Shown here piece after piece: positions 9,219 to 17,349 of a stretch of DNA of 64,000 bases. Both the position numbers and the translations under genes were made by a program. Every line of letters begins with the position of its first letter. Within the stretch, counting starts at the first letter, position 1. This DNA is from an uncultured Bacilli bacterium (GTDB lineage: Bacteria > Bacillota_I > Bacilli_A > RFN20 > CAG-826): NCBI GenBank assembly GCA_905235515.1, contig CAJOLV010000002.1:21924-85923 (forward strand). The letters are read 5' to 3'. The notes under the pieces were generated by a model that worked only from the letters and a program-made list of their open reading frames with translations, did not search any database and was not told where the DNA came from.

Positions 9219-11014
9219 TGAAACAATTAAAACAAGATTTATTTTATGTCGGTGTAAACGACCATCAAATCGACCTCTTTGAAGGTCAATATATCGTTCC
9301 TAATGGAATGGCTTATAACTCCTATGTTATTAAAGATGAATTTATCGCCATTATGGATACAGTGGATCAACACTTCACTGATGAATGGCTAAAGAACATT
9401 CAAGAAGTATTAGGCGATTTAAAACCAACCTACCTTATTGTTCAACATACGGAGCCGGATCACTCTGCAAATATCATTAATTTTTTAAGAAAATATCCAG
9501 GCACATATGTCGTTGGTAACGCTAAGACATTTAAGATGATGGAACAATTCTTCCACGAAGAGATTCCTCATAAATTAGTGGTTAACGATGGTGATACCCT
9601 TAACTTAGGTAAACATACATTAACTTTTGTCTTCGCTCCTATGGTCCACTGGCCAGAAGTCATGGTTACCTATGATAGCGCTGATAAAGTGTTATTCTCC
9701 GCTGATGGATTTGGTAAATTCGGCGCGTTAGATGTCGAAGAAGAATGGGATTGTGAAGCGAGAAGATATTATATTGGTATCGTTGGTAAATATGGCGCAC
9801 AAGTTCAAGCTTTGTTAAAGAAAGCCGCCACATTAGATATCGAAATGATTTGCCCATTACATGGCCCAGTATTAAGTGAAGATTTAGGTCATTATCTCAA
9901 ACTCTATGATATTTGGAGTTCTTATCAAACTGAATCAGAAGGTGTCGCTATTTTCTACACATCAGATGGTCATACCAAGATAGCGGTGGAACTACTCGCT
10001 GAAGAGTTGAAGAAAAATGGAACTCCAAAAGTAGTAGTGGCAGATTTAGCTAGAGAAGATATGGCGGAATGCGTTGAAGATGCCTTTAGATATGGCAAGA
10101 TTGTCTTAGCAACAACTACTTATAACGCTGGTATCTTCCCATTTATGGATACATTTATTGCCCATTTAGTGGAAAGAAATTATCAAAATAAGAAGATTGC
10201 TTTTATTGAAAATGGCACCTGGGCTCCAATGGCGGCCAAAGTGATGAAAGATAAATTTGCTAACAGCAAAAACATCACATTTATCGAACCAAGTGTTCGC
10301 ATTTTATCTTCTTTGACAGAAGAAAACAAAGAACAGATTGCTAAATTAGCCTTAGTGTTATCAGAAGAATATAAAGCCCATAAGGAAATCAAAGAAGAAA
10401 AAGTTCCGGAATTAGATCCAAAGGCTTTGTTTAAAATTGGCTATGGCTTATATGTTGTGACATCTAATGATGGTAAAAAAGATAATGGTTTGATTGTTAA
10501 TACAGTCACTCAATTAACTGACACTCCACTTAAAGTTGCAGTTAATATTAATAAATTAAATTATTCTCACGATGTCATTAGAAAAACAGGAATTTTAAAT
10601 GTTAATTGTTTAAACCAAGAAACTCCATTTGCCATCTTCCAACAATTCGGTTTTGTCTCTGGTAAAGATAAAGATAAATTTGCCGGAGAGGAAGTGGTGT
10701 TAAGAAGTGAAAACGGTCTAAGAGTGTTACCAAATTATGTCAACGCCTTCTTCTCTTTAAAAGTTGAACAATATGTTGATTTAGGCACTCATGGAATGTT
10801 TATTTGTTCTGTTACTGAAAGTAAAACTATCAACAATATTGAAACAATGACATATAATTACTATCAAGCTAATGTTAAACCAAAACCAGAAACTAAGAAA
10901 AAAGGTTATGTCTGTAAAGTTTGTGGTTACGTCTATGAAGGCGATACATTACCAGAAGATATCGTTTGCCCATTATGTAAACATGGTGCGGCTGACTTTG
11001 AAGAAATAAAATAA
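9218..11014 (+). CDS. Multi-domain flavodiiron protein (metallo-beta-lactamase-like diiron + flavodoxin + flavin-reductase-like + rubredoxin domains)
   Basis: [10 protein letters not shown] diiron motif and a flavodoxin-like core. The flavin-reductase-like segment is LYVVTS...[10 protein letters not shown], and the C-terminal rubredoxin is CKVCGY...CPLCKHG. I set the start at ATG 9218 (TAATG overlap). Confidence 0.8.
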   Translation: MKQLKQDLFYVGVNDHQIDLFEGQYIVPNGMAYNSYVIKDEFIAIMDTVDQHFTDEWLKNIQEVLGDLKPTYLIVQHTEPDHSANIINFLRKYPGTYVVGNAKTFKMMEQFFHEEIPHKLVVNDGDTLNLGKHTLTFVFAPMVHWPEVMVTYDSADKVLFSADGFGKFGALDVEEEWDCEARRYYIGIVGKYGAQVQALLKKAATLDIEMICPLHGPVLSEDLGHYLKLYDIWSSYQTESEGVAIFYTSDGHTKIAVELLAEELKKNGTPKVVVADLAREDMAECVEDAFRYGKIVLATTTYNAGIFPFMDTFIAHLVERNYQNKKIAFIENGTWAPMAAKVMKDKFANSKNITFIEPSVRILSSLTEENKEQIAKLALVLSEEYKAHKEIKEEKVPELDPKALFKIGYGLYVVTSNDGKKDNGLIVNTVTQLTDTPLKVAVNINKLNYSHDVIRKTGILNVNCLNQETPFAIFQQFGFVSGKDKDKFAGEEVVLRSENGLRVLPNYVNAFFSLKVEQYVDLGTHGMFICSVTESKTINNIETMTYNYYQANVKPKPETKKKGYVCKVCGYVYEGDTLPEDIVCPLCKHGAADFEEIK

Positions 11015-11024
11015 GGAGACGATG

Positions 11025-11177
11025 ATGAAATACGTTTGCGTTTGTGGTTACGTCTATGATGAAGAAAAAGGTGATCCAGAATTAGGTATTGCCCCAGGCA
11101 CTAAATTTGAAGATTTACCAGAAGACTTCGCTTGTCCGTGGTGTGGCCTTGGAAAAGAATCATTCAGCCAAGAATAA
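11025..11177 (+). CDS. Rubredoxin (50 aa; absent from the ORF track)
   Basis: Hand translation gives [50 protein letters not shown]. It has the CxxCG...CPxCG motifs, an AAGGAG SD 7 nt upstream, and a terminator downstream. Confidence 0.75.
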   Translation: MKYVCVCGYVYDEEKGDPELGIAPGTKFEDLPEDFACPWCGLGKESFSQE

Positions 11178-11186
11178 TGAACAACT

Positions 11187-11215
11187 AACCTCTTTGAAAA
11201 ATAGGAGGTTTTTTG
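11187..11215 (+). terminator. Rho-independent terminator after the rubredoxin gene
   Basis: AACCTC-loop-GAGGTT followed by TTTTT. Confidence 0.6.
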
Positions 11216-11252
11216 TTGCCCATTTTCACTTTATAAATGATAATAACAAATA

Positions 11253-11882
11253 ATGAAAGACTACGACTTATATCTATTTGATTTTGATGGCACATTAGTG
11301 GATACATTTAAATCCCTGGTGGAGATTTTCTCTCGCTCTTTTAAAGCGGTAGGAGTGGAGATTAAACCCGAGGATTGTCTTTTGTATTCTCGTCAACCAT
11401 TAGAAGATACATATGTATCATTAAACGCCCCAATGGACAAAGTGGATATTTTTGCCTCTCAAATACAGTATTGGCTTGATGATGAAGAAATCTTAAAAAT
11501 GGCAGAATTATTCCCTGATACATATAGGTGTCTAAAAGAGTTACACGAGGCTGATAAAACAATCGGAATTGTCACTAGTAATAGTGAACACCATGTCATT
11601 GATACATTTAGATATTTGAATATTCCTGTTGAATGGTTTTCTATCATTGTCGGAAATGATCAAGTGAAAGAATCAAAACCAAGCCCTCAACCAGTATTAT
11701 CTGCGCTAGAACAATCTCGTTATCTAAATAAAAGAGATAAGGTAGTTTATATCGGTGATGGAATTAATGATATGATTTCCGCTAATAGGGCGGGAGTGGA
11801 TGCCATATTAATAGATAGAGTAGATGCTTTTTCAGAATCAGACAATTATTCAAAAATTCAAACATTACTAGATTTAATTTAA
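11253..11882 (+). CDS. HAD-IA family hydrolase/phosphatase
   Basis: N-terminal FDFDGTLVDT motif I and C-terminal GDGINDM motif. Confidence 0.7.
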   Translation: MKDYDLYLFDFDGTLVDTFKSLVEIFSRSFKAVGVEIKPEDCLLYSRQPLEDTYVSLNAPMDKVDIFASQIQYWLDDEEILKMAELFPDTYRCLKELHEADKTIGIVTSNSEHHVIDTFRYLNIPVEWFSIIVGNDQVKESKPSPQPVLSALEQSRYLNKRDKVVYIGDGINDMISANRAGVDAILIDRVDAFSESDNYSKIQTLLDLI

Positions 11883-11933
11883 AACTTAAAAATAAATATT
11901 TATTTTTAAAATAATTAATGATACAATAATTCC

Positions 11934-12764
11934 ATGGATGTTCAAGACCTACAATTTTTATTATCTAAATCTCAGCAAGGCGATGTTAGTTCTCTTTATG
12001 ATTTAGCGACTTATTATCAAAATAAAGGAGAGAATGATTTAGCGTTTTCTTATGCATATCGCGGGTCAACTAGATATTATCCTCCGTGTGAAAGAAAACT
12101 GGGCTATTTTTATGAAAAAGGAATCGGCACTAAAGTTGATTATAAGATGGCGATGCATTATTACCAATTAGCTAGTAGTCATGGTGATATTCCATCCATT
12201 ACTAATATCGGTTTACTATATTACAAGGGCCTTGGTGTTGAAAAAGATGGGCGCAAAGCCTTTGAGCTAGTTCAAGAAGCGGCGGATAAGGGCCATCTTA
12301 TGGCTATTTCTGTATTGGCGCGCTTTTATCGTAATGGTGTCGGGGTCGCACAAAATGATGCTAAATATTTTCAATTAATAAATGAAGCGCGTAATTTAGG
12401 CGAGCGTAACGTATTGCACCTTATTGGGCTATGCTATTACAACGGCGTTGGTGTTGAAAAAGATTTTGAAAAAGCCTTTGCTAACTTCTTAGCTGGTTCA
12501 GAAGAAAACGATATTGAATGCTTTTATTATCTCGGCTTGATGTCAGTCGCTGGAGAAGGATGTCCTAAGGATTATTCAAGAGCACTCTATTTTTACCAAC
12601 AAGGTGCAAATAAAGGTGATCCAAGAGCGATGTATAACCTCGCGTTATTTTACGAAAATGGTGTCTATGTTCCAAAAAATATAGATCTTGTAAAATACTG
12701 GTTAAAAAAAGCTAGTGATGGTGGATTAGAATCCGCAAAAGAAAAATTAATCTCAATTATTTAA
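11934..12764 (+). CDS. Sel1-like repeat (SLR/TPR family) protein, cytoplasmic
   Basis: Repeated ...YY.KG.GV.KD..KA..W...AA..G... units and no signal peptide. Confidence 0.75.
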   Translation: MDVQDLQFLLSKSQQGDVSSLYDLATYYQNKGENDLAFSYAYRGSTRYYPPCERKLGYFYEKGIGTKVDYKMAMHYYQLASSHGDIPSITNIGLLYYKGLGVEKDGRKAFELVQEAADKGHLMAISVLARFYRNGVGVAQNDAKYFQLINEARNLGERNVLHLIGLCYYNGVGVEKDFEKAFANFLAGSEENDIECFYYLGLMSVAGEGCPKDYSRALYFYQQGANKGDPRAMYNLALFYENGVYVPKNIDLVKYWLKKASDGGLESAKEKLISII

Positions 12765-12943
12765 AAAAATAAAACCCCGTAAAAACCAATTTTTTTGCTA
12801 CAAAAGTGGCATTTTTTGTTTAAAATCGCCAAAATCGCATATTTCAAATCACAAAATATCATATTTTTGATAGATAATTAATAAATTAATTGAAAGTGAT
12901 TTTTTATGTTTTGTATAATAGTAATCGAAAAAGGAAAATCTTT

Positions 12944-14233
12944 ATGAGTAAAAAAAGAAACGAAGTTAATGGCGTTTTGGTGTATCGCCGTTGGTGTGCA
13001 GGTGCCATTTTATCTGCAATTTTTCTACTTGTAGTCATCGCGGTACCAGTCGCGTTAATTGCCTACAAGTGGTTTGTTTTAAAAGTTCCAGACGCTACTG
13101 TTATTGAGTCTGGCGCTGGTGAAATTCAAGCAACAGGTTTTGATCTTGTTAAGCATGTTTTAAAACGTAATTTTGATCTTGGTGCAGCTTTAGATAATAT
13201 TGCCTCCAAGACCTCAATGCCATATTTCAGTCTAATCTTAAAAGCCTGCTTATATGGTATGTTTGGCTTCCTTGCTATAATCACCATCTTTGGTGTTATT
13301 GAAGTCTTCATGTTTATCTTCTATGCCTTAACCGGTAGAGTTGTTAATCCAGGTGCTCCTGTTAGACTAGCGTGGACTATTTTTGCCTTTACATTAGTAT
13401 ATGCGGGCTTGACATTCGGTGTTGCAATTTTAATTGCTAAAGCATATGCATCTGCTGCTGGTACAGATTTCATCTTCTTGCAATTTATCCTTGGTTCATT
13501 ACCATTCATTGGCAACGCCACTGAAGGAATGTTCTTAATTGACTTCTGGTGGCCAGTTTATTACACATTAGTTGCCTTACTTGGCTCAATCGCTATTTCT
13601 ATCGTTTACACAATCTCATTTAAAGATAAATTCTTTATTGGCAGAGCCAAACGTTTCGGCAGCGGTGAAGTTGTTGGTGGCATCCCACAACCAACTTATA
13701 TTCCTGCCGGTGGCACTCAAATTATTACAACAGCCGCTCCTGCACCACAAGTGATTCCAAGCGCTCAACAACCGCAAGTTATCGTTGTTAATAGTAATCC
13801 AGCGCAAAGTCCTGCTGGCCAACAACCGGTTGTTCAAGTTATTGGCCCGTCTGGTGATGTTCAAAAACAATTGTCTTCTGAAGCAACCGCTCAAGCTTTA
13901 ACAGTATTACCACAAGATATTAAATCTATTGGTGGCCATGCATATAGCAAGAATTTAGACCTCAAATATGCTGATATCCCATCTGGCATTAAAGAAGTCG
14001 GTGTTGGTGCATTTGCTAACTGTTTGAATCTTGAAGTTATTTCCCTTCCAAAATCAATCAAACGCATTAGAAAGAACGCTTTCTTCAATTGCTCTAAATT
14101 AAACCGTATCAATTATGCTGGCACTAAATCCGAATGGAGATATATTGTCAGAGGCTCTAACTGGTTAGATAGAGCTGGTACAAGAACTGTTATTTGTGCT
14201 GACGGTGCTATCATTGTAGATCCTCACAGATAA
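12944..14233 (+). CDS. Polytopic membrane protein with Pro/Gln-rich linker and C-terminal BspA-type leucine-rich-repeat domain
   Basis: Several N-terminal hydrophobic helices, a low-complexity P/Q/V linker, and a C-terminal tail with VGVGAFANCLNLEVISLPKSIKRIRKNAFFNCSKL (LRR_5/BspA pattern). I set the start at ATG 12944 (AAAGGAAAA SD) rather than the upstream extension. Confidence 0.6.
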   Translation: MSKKRNEVNGVLVYRRWCAGAILSAIFLLVVIAVPVALIAYKWFVLKVPDATVIESGAGEIQATGFDLVKHVLKRNFDLGAALDNIASKTSMPYFSLILKACLYGMFGFLAIITIFGVIEVFMFIFYALTGRVVNPGAPVRLAWTIFAFTLVYAGLTFGVAILIAKAYASAAGTDFIFLQFILGSLPFIGNATEGMFLIDFWWPVYYTLVALLGSIAISIVYTISFKDKFFIGRAKRFGSGEVVGGIPQPTYIPAGGTQIITTAAPAPQVIPSAQQPQVIVVNSNPAQSPAGQQPVVQVIGPSGDVQKQLSSEATAQALTVLPQDIKSIGGHAYSKNLDLKYADIPSGIKEVGVGAFANCLNLEVISLPKSIKRIRKNAFFNCSKLNRINYAGTKSEWRYIVRGSNWLDRAGTRTVICADGAIIVDPHR

Positions 14234-14254
14234 ATTAATTAATAAAATTAATTA

Positions 14255-14284
14255 GATAGCATCGTTATGGTGCTATCTTTTTTG
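14255..14284 (+). terminator. Rho-independent terminator between the LRR membrane protein and the ABC transporter
   Basis: GATAGCA-loop-TGCTATC followed by TTTTTT. The loop contains the ATG at 14267 that the ORF track used as the start. Confidence 0.55.
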
Positions 14285-14293
14285 CCCCTTAAT

Positions 14294-16765
14294 ATGATTA
14301 AATTAGAAAACATTACCAAGATTTATTCCTCTAATAACATCGAGCAAATCGCTCTCGATGATATTAATTTAATCTTGCCTGATAAAGGGCTTGTCGCTAT
14401 TTACGGTGCATCTGGATGTGGTAAGACAACGCTACTTAATATTCTTGGTGGATTAGACCATCAAAATTCCGGCAAATTAATCGTTAATGGAACCGATACA
14501 TCTAAATTCTCAAAAAATGAATGGGATAGTTATCGTAACCAAGAGGTTGGTTTTATTTTCCAAAACTATTTCTTACTCCCTCATTTAAATGTTTATGACA
14601 ATATTGCCATTACTCTCCAAATGGCTGGTAAAACTGATCAATTAGAAGATGATATTAATGCGGCATTAAGTGAGGTTGGTATTTTACAGCTCCGCAAAAG
14701 ATATCCCAAAAGTCTGAGTGGTGGTCAACAACAACGTGTCGCTATTGCGCGTGCTTTAATATCTGATCCATCGGTGGTTCTTGCTGATGAGCCAACTGGT
14801 GCATTAGACCAAAAGAATGCAGTTTTGGTCATGCAATGCTTAAAAAAAGTCAGTGAAAACCATCTAGTGGTGATGGTCACCCATAATGAAAAATTAGCGA
14901 CGGAATACGCTGATAGATTAATTGAGATTTCTTATGGCAAAATTGCTAGTGATTCAATGCCGATGCAATATGATGAGTCACTAGTGACTCCAAAAACATT
15001 AAAACGAGTCCATTTACCAATCAAAACTTCTTTAAAATGGTCTGGTCGTAACGTCATTAAAAAGAAATCAAGAACTATTCCAATTATGCTTGCTTCTGCC
15101 GTTGGTTTAGCAGCGGTTGGCATTGTTTTATGCATGACCTCTGGTATTAATGGCTACACGAAAAAAGTCCAAGAAGCCTCTTTAACAGACTACCCAGTTT
15201 ATATTACTTCATATCCAAAAAACTCTTCGCAAGCTCATGAGGATGAACTAGTGGAATATCCAGATATCGATGAAGTCTTAATTGAAAAGAGTGATTATTA
15301 CGAAACTGAGCATTATAACTCCATTCAAGAAGAATTCATGGTCTATATGGATAAAATGCCGAAAGAATATTACACAATGAAAGATAATAATTCGGCAATT
15401 AATTTTCCAGTTATTGCCTTTAATGGCACCTCTTATCAAACGGTCAGCTCGATGAGTTATTTCACAAGAATCGCTCCAACACATGATAATTTTGGTTTTA
15501 TTGGCGAACAATATGATGTTTTACAAGGTCGATTCCCGGAGAATATTGATGATTGTGTTTTAGTCATTGATAGTTTCAATAGAGTGGATTTGAGCGTCTT
15601 AGAAAGACTAGGTTTCCCAGTAGAAGGAGATTCTATTAAATTTTCTGATGTGATAGGGAAAGAATATCATATCATCTCATATGATGAGATGTACTACACT
15701 AATGATACACTCATAAACGAAGATACTGGTGAACAATATTATAAGATTTATGGTTCTAGTAAATATGAAGAACTCTACAATTCAAAAACTGAAAAAACAT
15801 TAAAGATCTGCGGGATTATTCGCCAAAAAGACGATAATTCGACACAATTGTTTTCCACTGGAATCCTTTATGCTTCTCAACTTACTGACTATATCAAAAA
15901 TATGTCAATCAATAGTGAGATAGTAAAAAAACAAATAGAGTATGGCAAGGCCTATGAAGAATACATTAAGGCCAAAGAAGAAGAAAAAAATAAAACCGAT
16001 GATATAAATAACGAAACTCCAGAATCACCAGATGATGAAGAAAAAACTATCCAAATCACTGGTCCGGTTGATGTTCTCACCGGTGAATATTTAAAAGAAG
16101 TTTATTCTGGTGGTTATCATTTCACCGCTAATTATCAATATGAATCAAGATTATATGACTTAGGTTATAAGGAACGTATTACCTCAATTTATTACTACAC
16201 ATCAACATTTGAAGATCGTATTAGAATTGTCGATTATTTTAAAGCATATAAGCAACCAGCTGACTCCACAATGGCGTTACGTTCTAGAGATTACTTGGAA
16301 CAAGTAACAACCTCATTCTCATCTTTAGTTAATACTTTTTCAACTATTATCCTCTTCTTCGCGCTAACTTCAATTTTAATTGCCGCTATATTGACCGCTA
16401 TATTGACATATATTTCTGTCTTAGAAAGAAAGAAGGAGATTGGATTATTACGAAGTCTCGGGGCTAGGCGGTATGATGTATCAATGATGTTTTTAACTGA
16501 ATCATTCATTATTGGCACGATAGCCGCGGTTGTCGCATGCGCTTTAATTGCTGGATTATTGCCATTAACTGGGCGTATTGTTATTGGTTTAATTGCCGAA
16601 TTTGGCGCTAAAGCCATTAAACCAAAGGTTTCTGATATCGCTTCCTTTAGACTATGGGTCTTCCCAGCGGTGTTTGTTGGAAGTATAGTCTTATCAACTT
16701 TATCCGCTTTAATTCCTGCTATTATTGCGGGTAAGAAAAAACCTGCTGATTCCTTAAGAGAATAA
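14294..16765 (+). CDS. Fused ABC transporter ATPase-permease of the MacB/FtsX type with a large extracytoplasmic domain
   Basis: N-terminal NBD (GASGCGKTTL, LSGGQQQRVAIARAL, Walker B LADEPTG), a roughly 400-aa extracytoplasmic segment, and a C-terminal FtsX-like 4-TM domain (LRSLGARRYDV). Confidence 0.8.
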   Translation: MIKLENITKIYSSNNIEQIALDDINLILPDKGLVAIYGASGCGKTTLLNILGGLDHQNSGKLIVNGTDTSKFSKNEWDSYRNQEVGFIFQNYFLLPHLNVYDNIAITLQMAGKTDQLEDDINAALSEVGILQLRKRYPKSLSGGQQQRVAIARALISDPSVVLADEPTGALDQKNAVLVMQCLKKVSENHLVVMVTHNEKLATEYADRLIEISYGKIASDSMPMQYDESLVTPKTLKRVHLPIKTSLKWSGRNVIKKKSRTIPIMLASAVGLAAVGIVLCMTSGINGYTKKVQEASLTDYPVYITSYPKNSSQAHEDELVEYPDIDEVLIEKSDYYETEHYNSIQEEFMVYMDKMPKEYYTMKDNNSAINFPVIAFNGTSYQTVSSMSYFTRIAPTHDNFGFIGEQYDVLQGRFPENIDDCVLVIDSFNRVDLSVLERLGFPVEGDSIKFSDVIGKEYHIISYDEMYYTNDTLINEDTGEQYYKIYGSSKYEELYNSKTEKTLKICGIIRQKDDNSTQLFSTGILYASQLTDYIKNMSINSEIVKKQIEYGKAYEEYIKAKEEEKNKTDDINNETPESPDDEEKTIQITGPVDVLTGEYLKEVYSGGYHFTANYQYESRLYDLGYKERITSIYYYTSTFEDRIRIVDYFKAYKQPADSTMALRSRDYLEQVTTSFSSLVNTFSTIILFFALTSILIAAILTAILTYISVLERKKEIGLLRSLGARRYDVSMMFLTESFIIGTIAAVVACALIAGLLPLTGRIVIGLIAEFGAKAIKPKVSDIASFRLWVFPAVFVGSIVLSTLSALIPAIIAGKKKPADSLRE

Positions 16766-16844
16766 TTTTTAAATTTCTTATAGACAAATAATATATATAT
16801 TTGATATATTAACTACGGTCGCAAGACCACAATACTCTTTAACA

Positions 16845-16875
16845 AGAGTGACCCACAAGGTCGCTCTTTGTTTTT
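16845..16875 (+). promoter_or_regulatory. Leader hairpin with U-tract immediately upstream of the rimP SD (candidate attenuator/terminator)
   Basis: GAGTGACC-cacaa-GGTCGCTC followed by TTTGTTTTT. A GNRA hairpin GGTCGCAAGACC lies about 20 nt upstream. Confidence 0.4.
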
Positions 16876-16888
16876 AAAGGATAGATAT

Positions 16889-17335
16889 ATGGAACTTAAA
16901 TCATTAGAAAAATTCGTTAATGACAAATTATTAGAAAGCGGTTATGAACTAATCAGTTTATCTCTTGCTAATAAAACGTTATCCATTGTTGTTGATAGGG
17001 TAGCGCCTATTGATATGGATGCTATTGTTGAAGTAACTCATATACTTAATGACTTACTCGATGAAATTGATCCTATCGAAGGCGAATATACTTTAGATGT
17101 TTCATCTCTAGGAGCGGAAAAGCCATTAAAAATCGACCGTTTAAATGATTATGTTAATTCCTATATCAATGTTCACCTCATTAATCCCATTAATGGGGAG
17201 AATATCTATGAAGGAGATCTGGTCTCTGTGTCTGATGAAATAATTACATTGTCTTATAGACAAAAAACCAGAATTAAAACTGTTGATATACAAAAATCAA
17301 ATATATCAAAAATTAGATTAGCCATTAAATTTTAA
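16889..17335 (+). CDS. rimP: Ribosome maturation factor RimP
   Basis: MELKSLEKFVNDKLLESGYELISLSL matches the RimP/DUF150 N-terminus. The start is ATG at ORF+21, after AAAGGA. Confidence 0.8.
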   Translation: MELKSLEKFVNDKLLESGYELISLSLANKTLSIVVDRVAPIDMDAIVEVTHILNDLLDEIDPIEGEYTLDVSSLGAEKPLKIDRLNDYVNSYINVHLINPINGENIYEGDLVSVSDEIITLSYRQKTRIKTVDIQKSNISKIRLAIKF

Positions 17336-17349
17336 AGGAGTAAAAAGTT

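Noticed and set aside
14267-14293. N-terminal extensions from ORF-track starts at 14267, 16868, 19290, 26093, 33876, 41725, 48809, 54033, 61203, 12890, 3551, 1050 and 18983.
   Set aside because: Many use TTG/GTG or lack an SD. A downstream ATG with proper SD spacing, or overlap with the upstream stop, gives an N-terminus matching family consensus. The 14267 ATG lies in a terminator loop.
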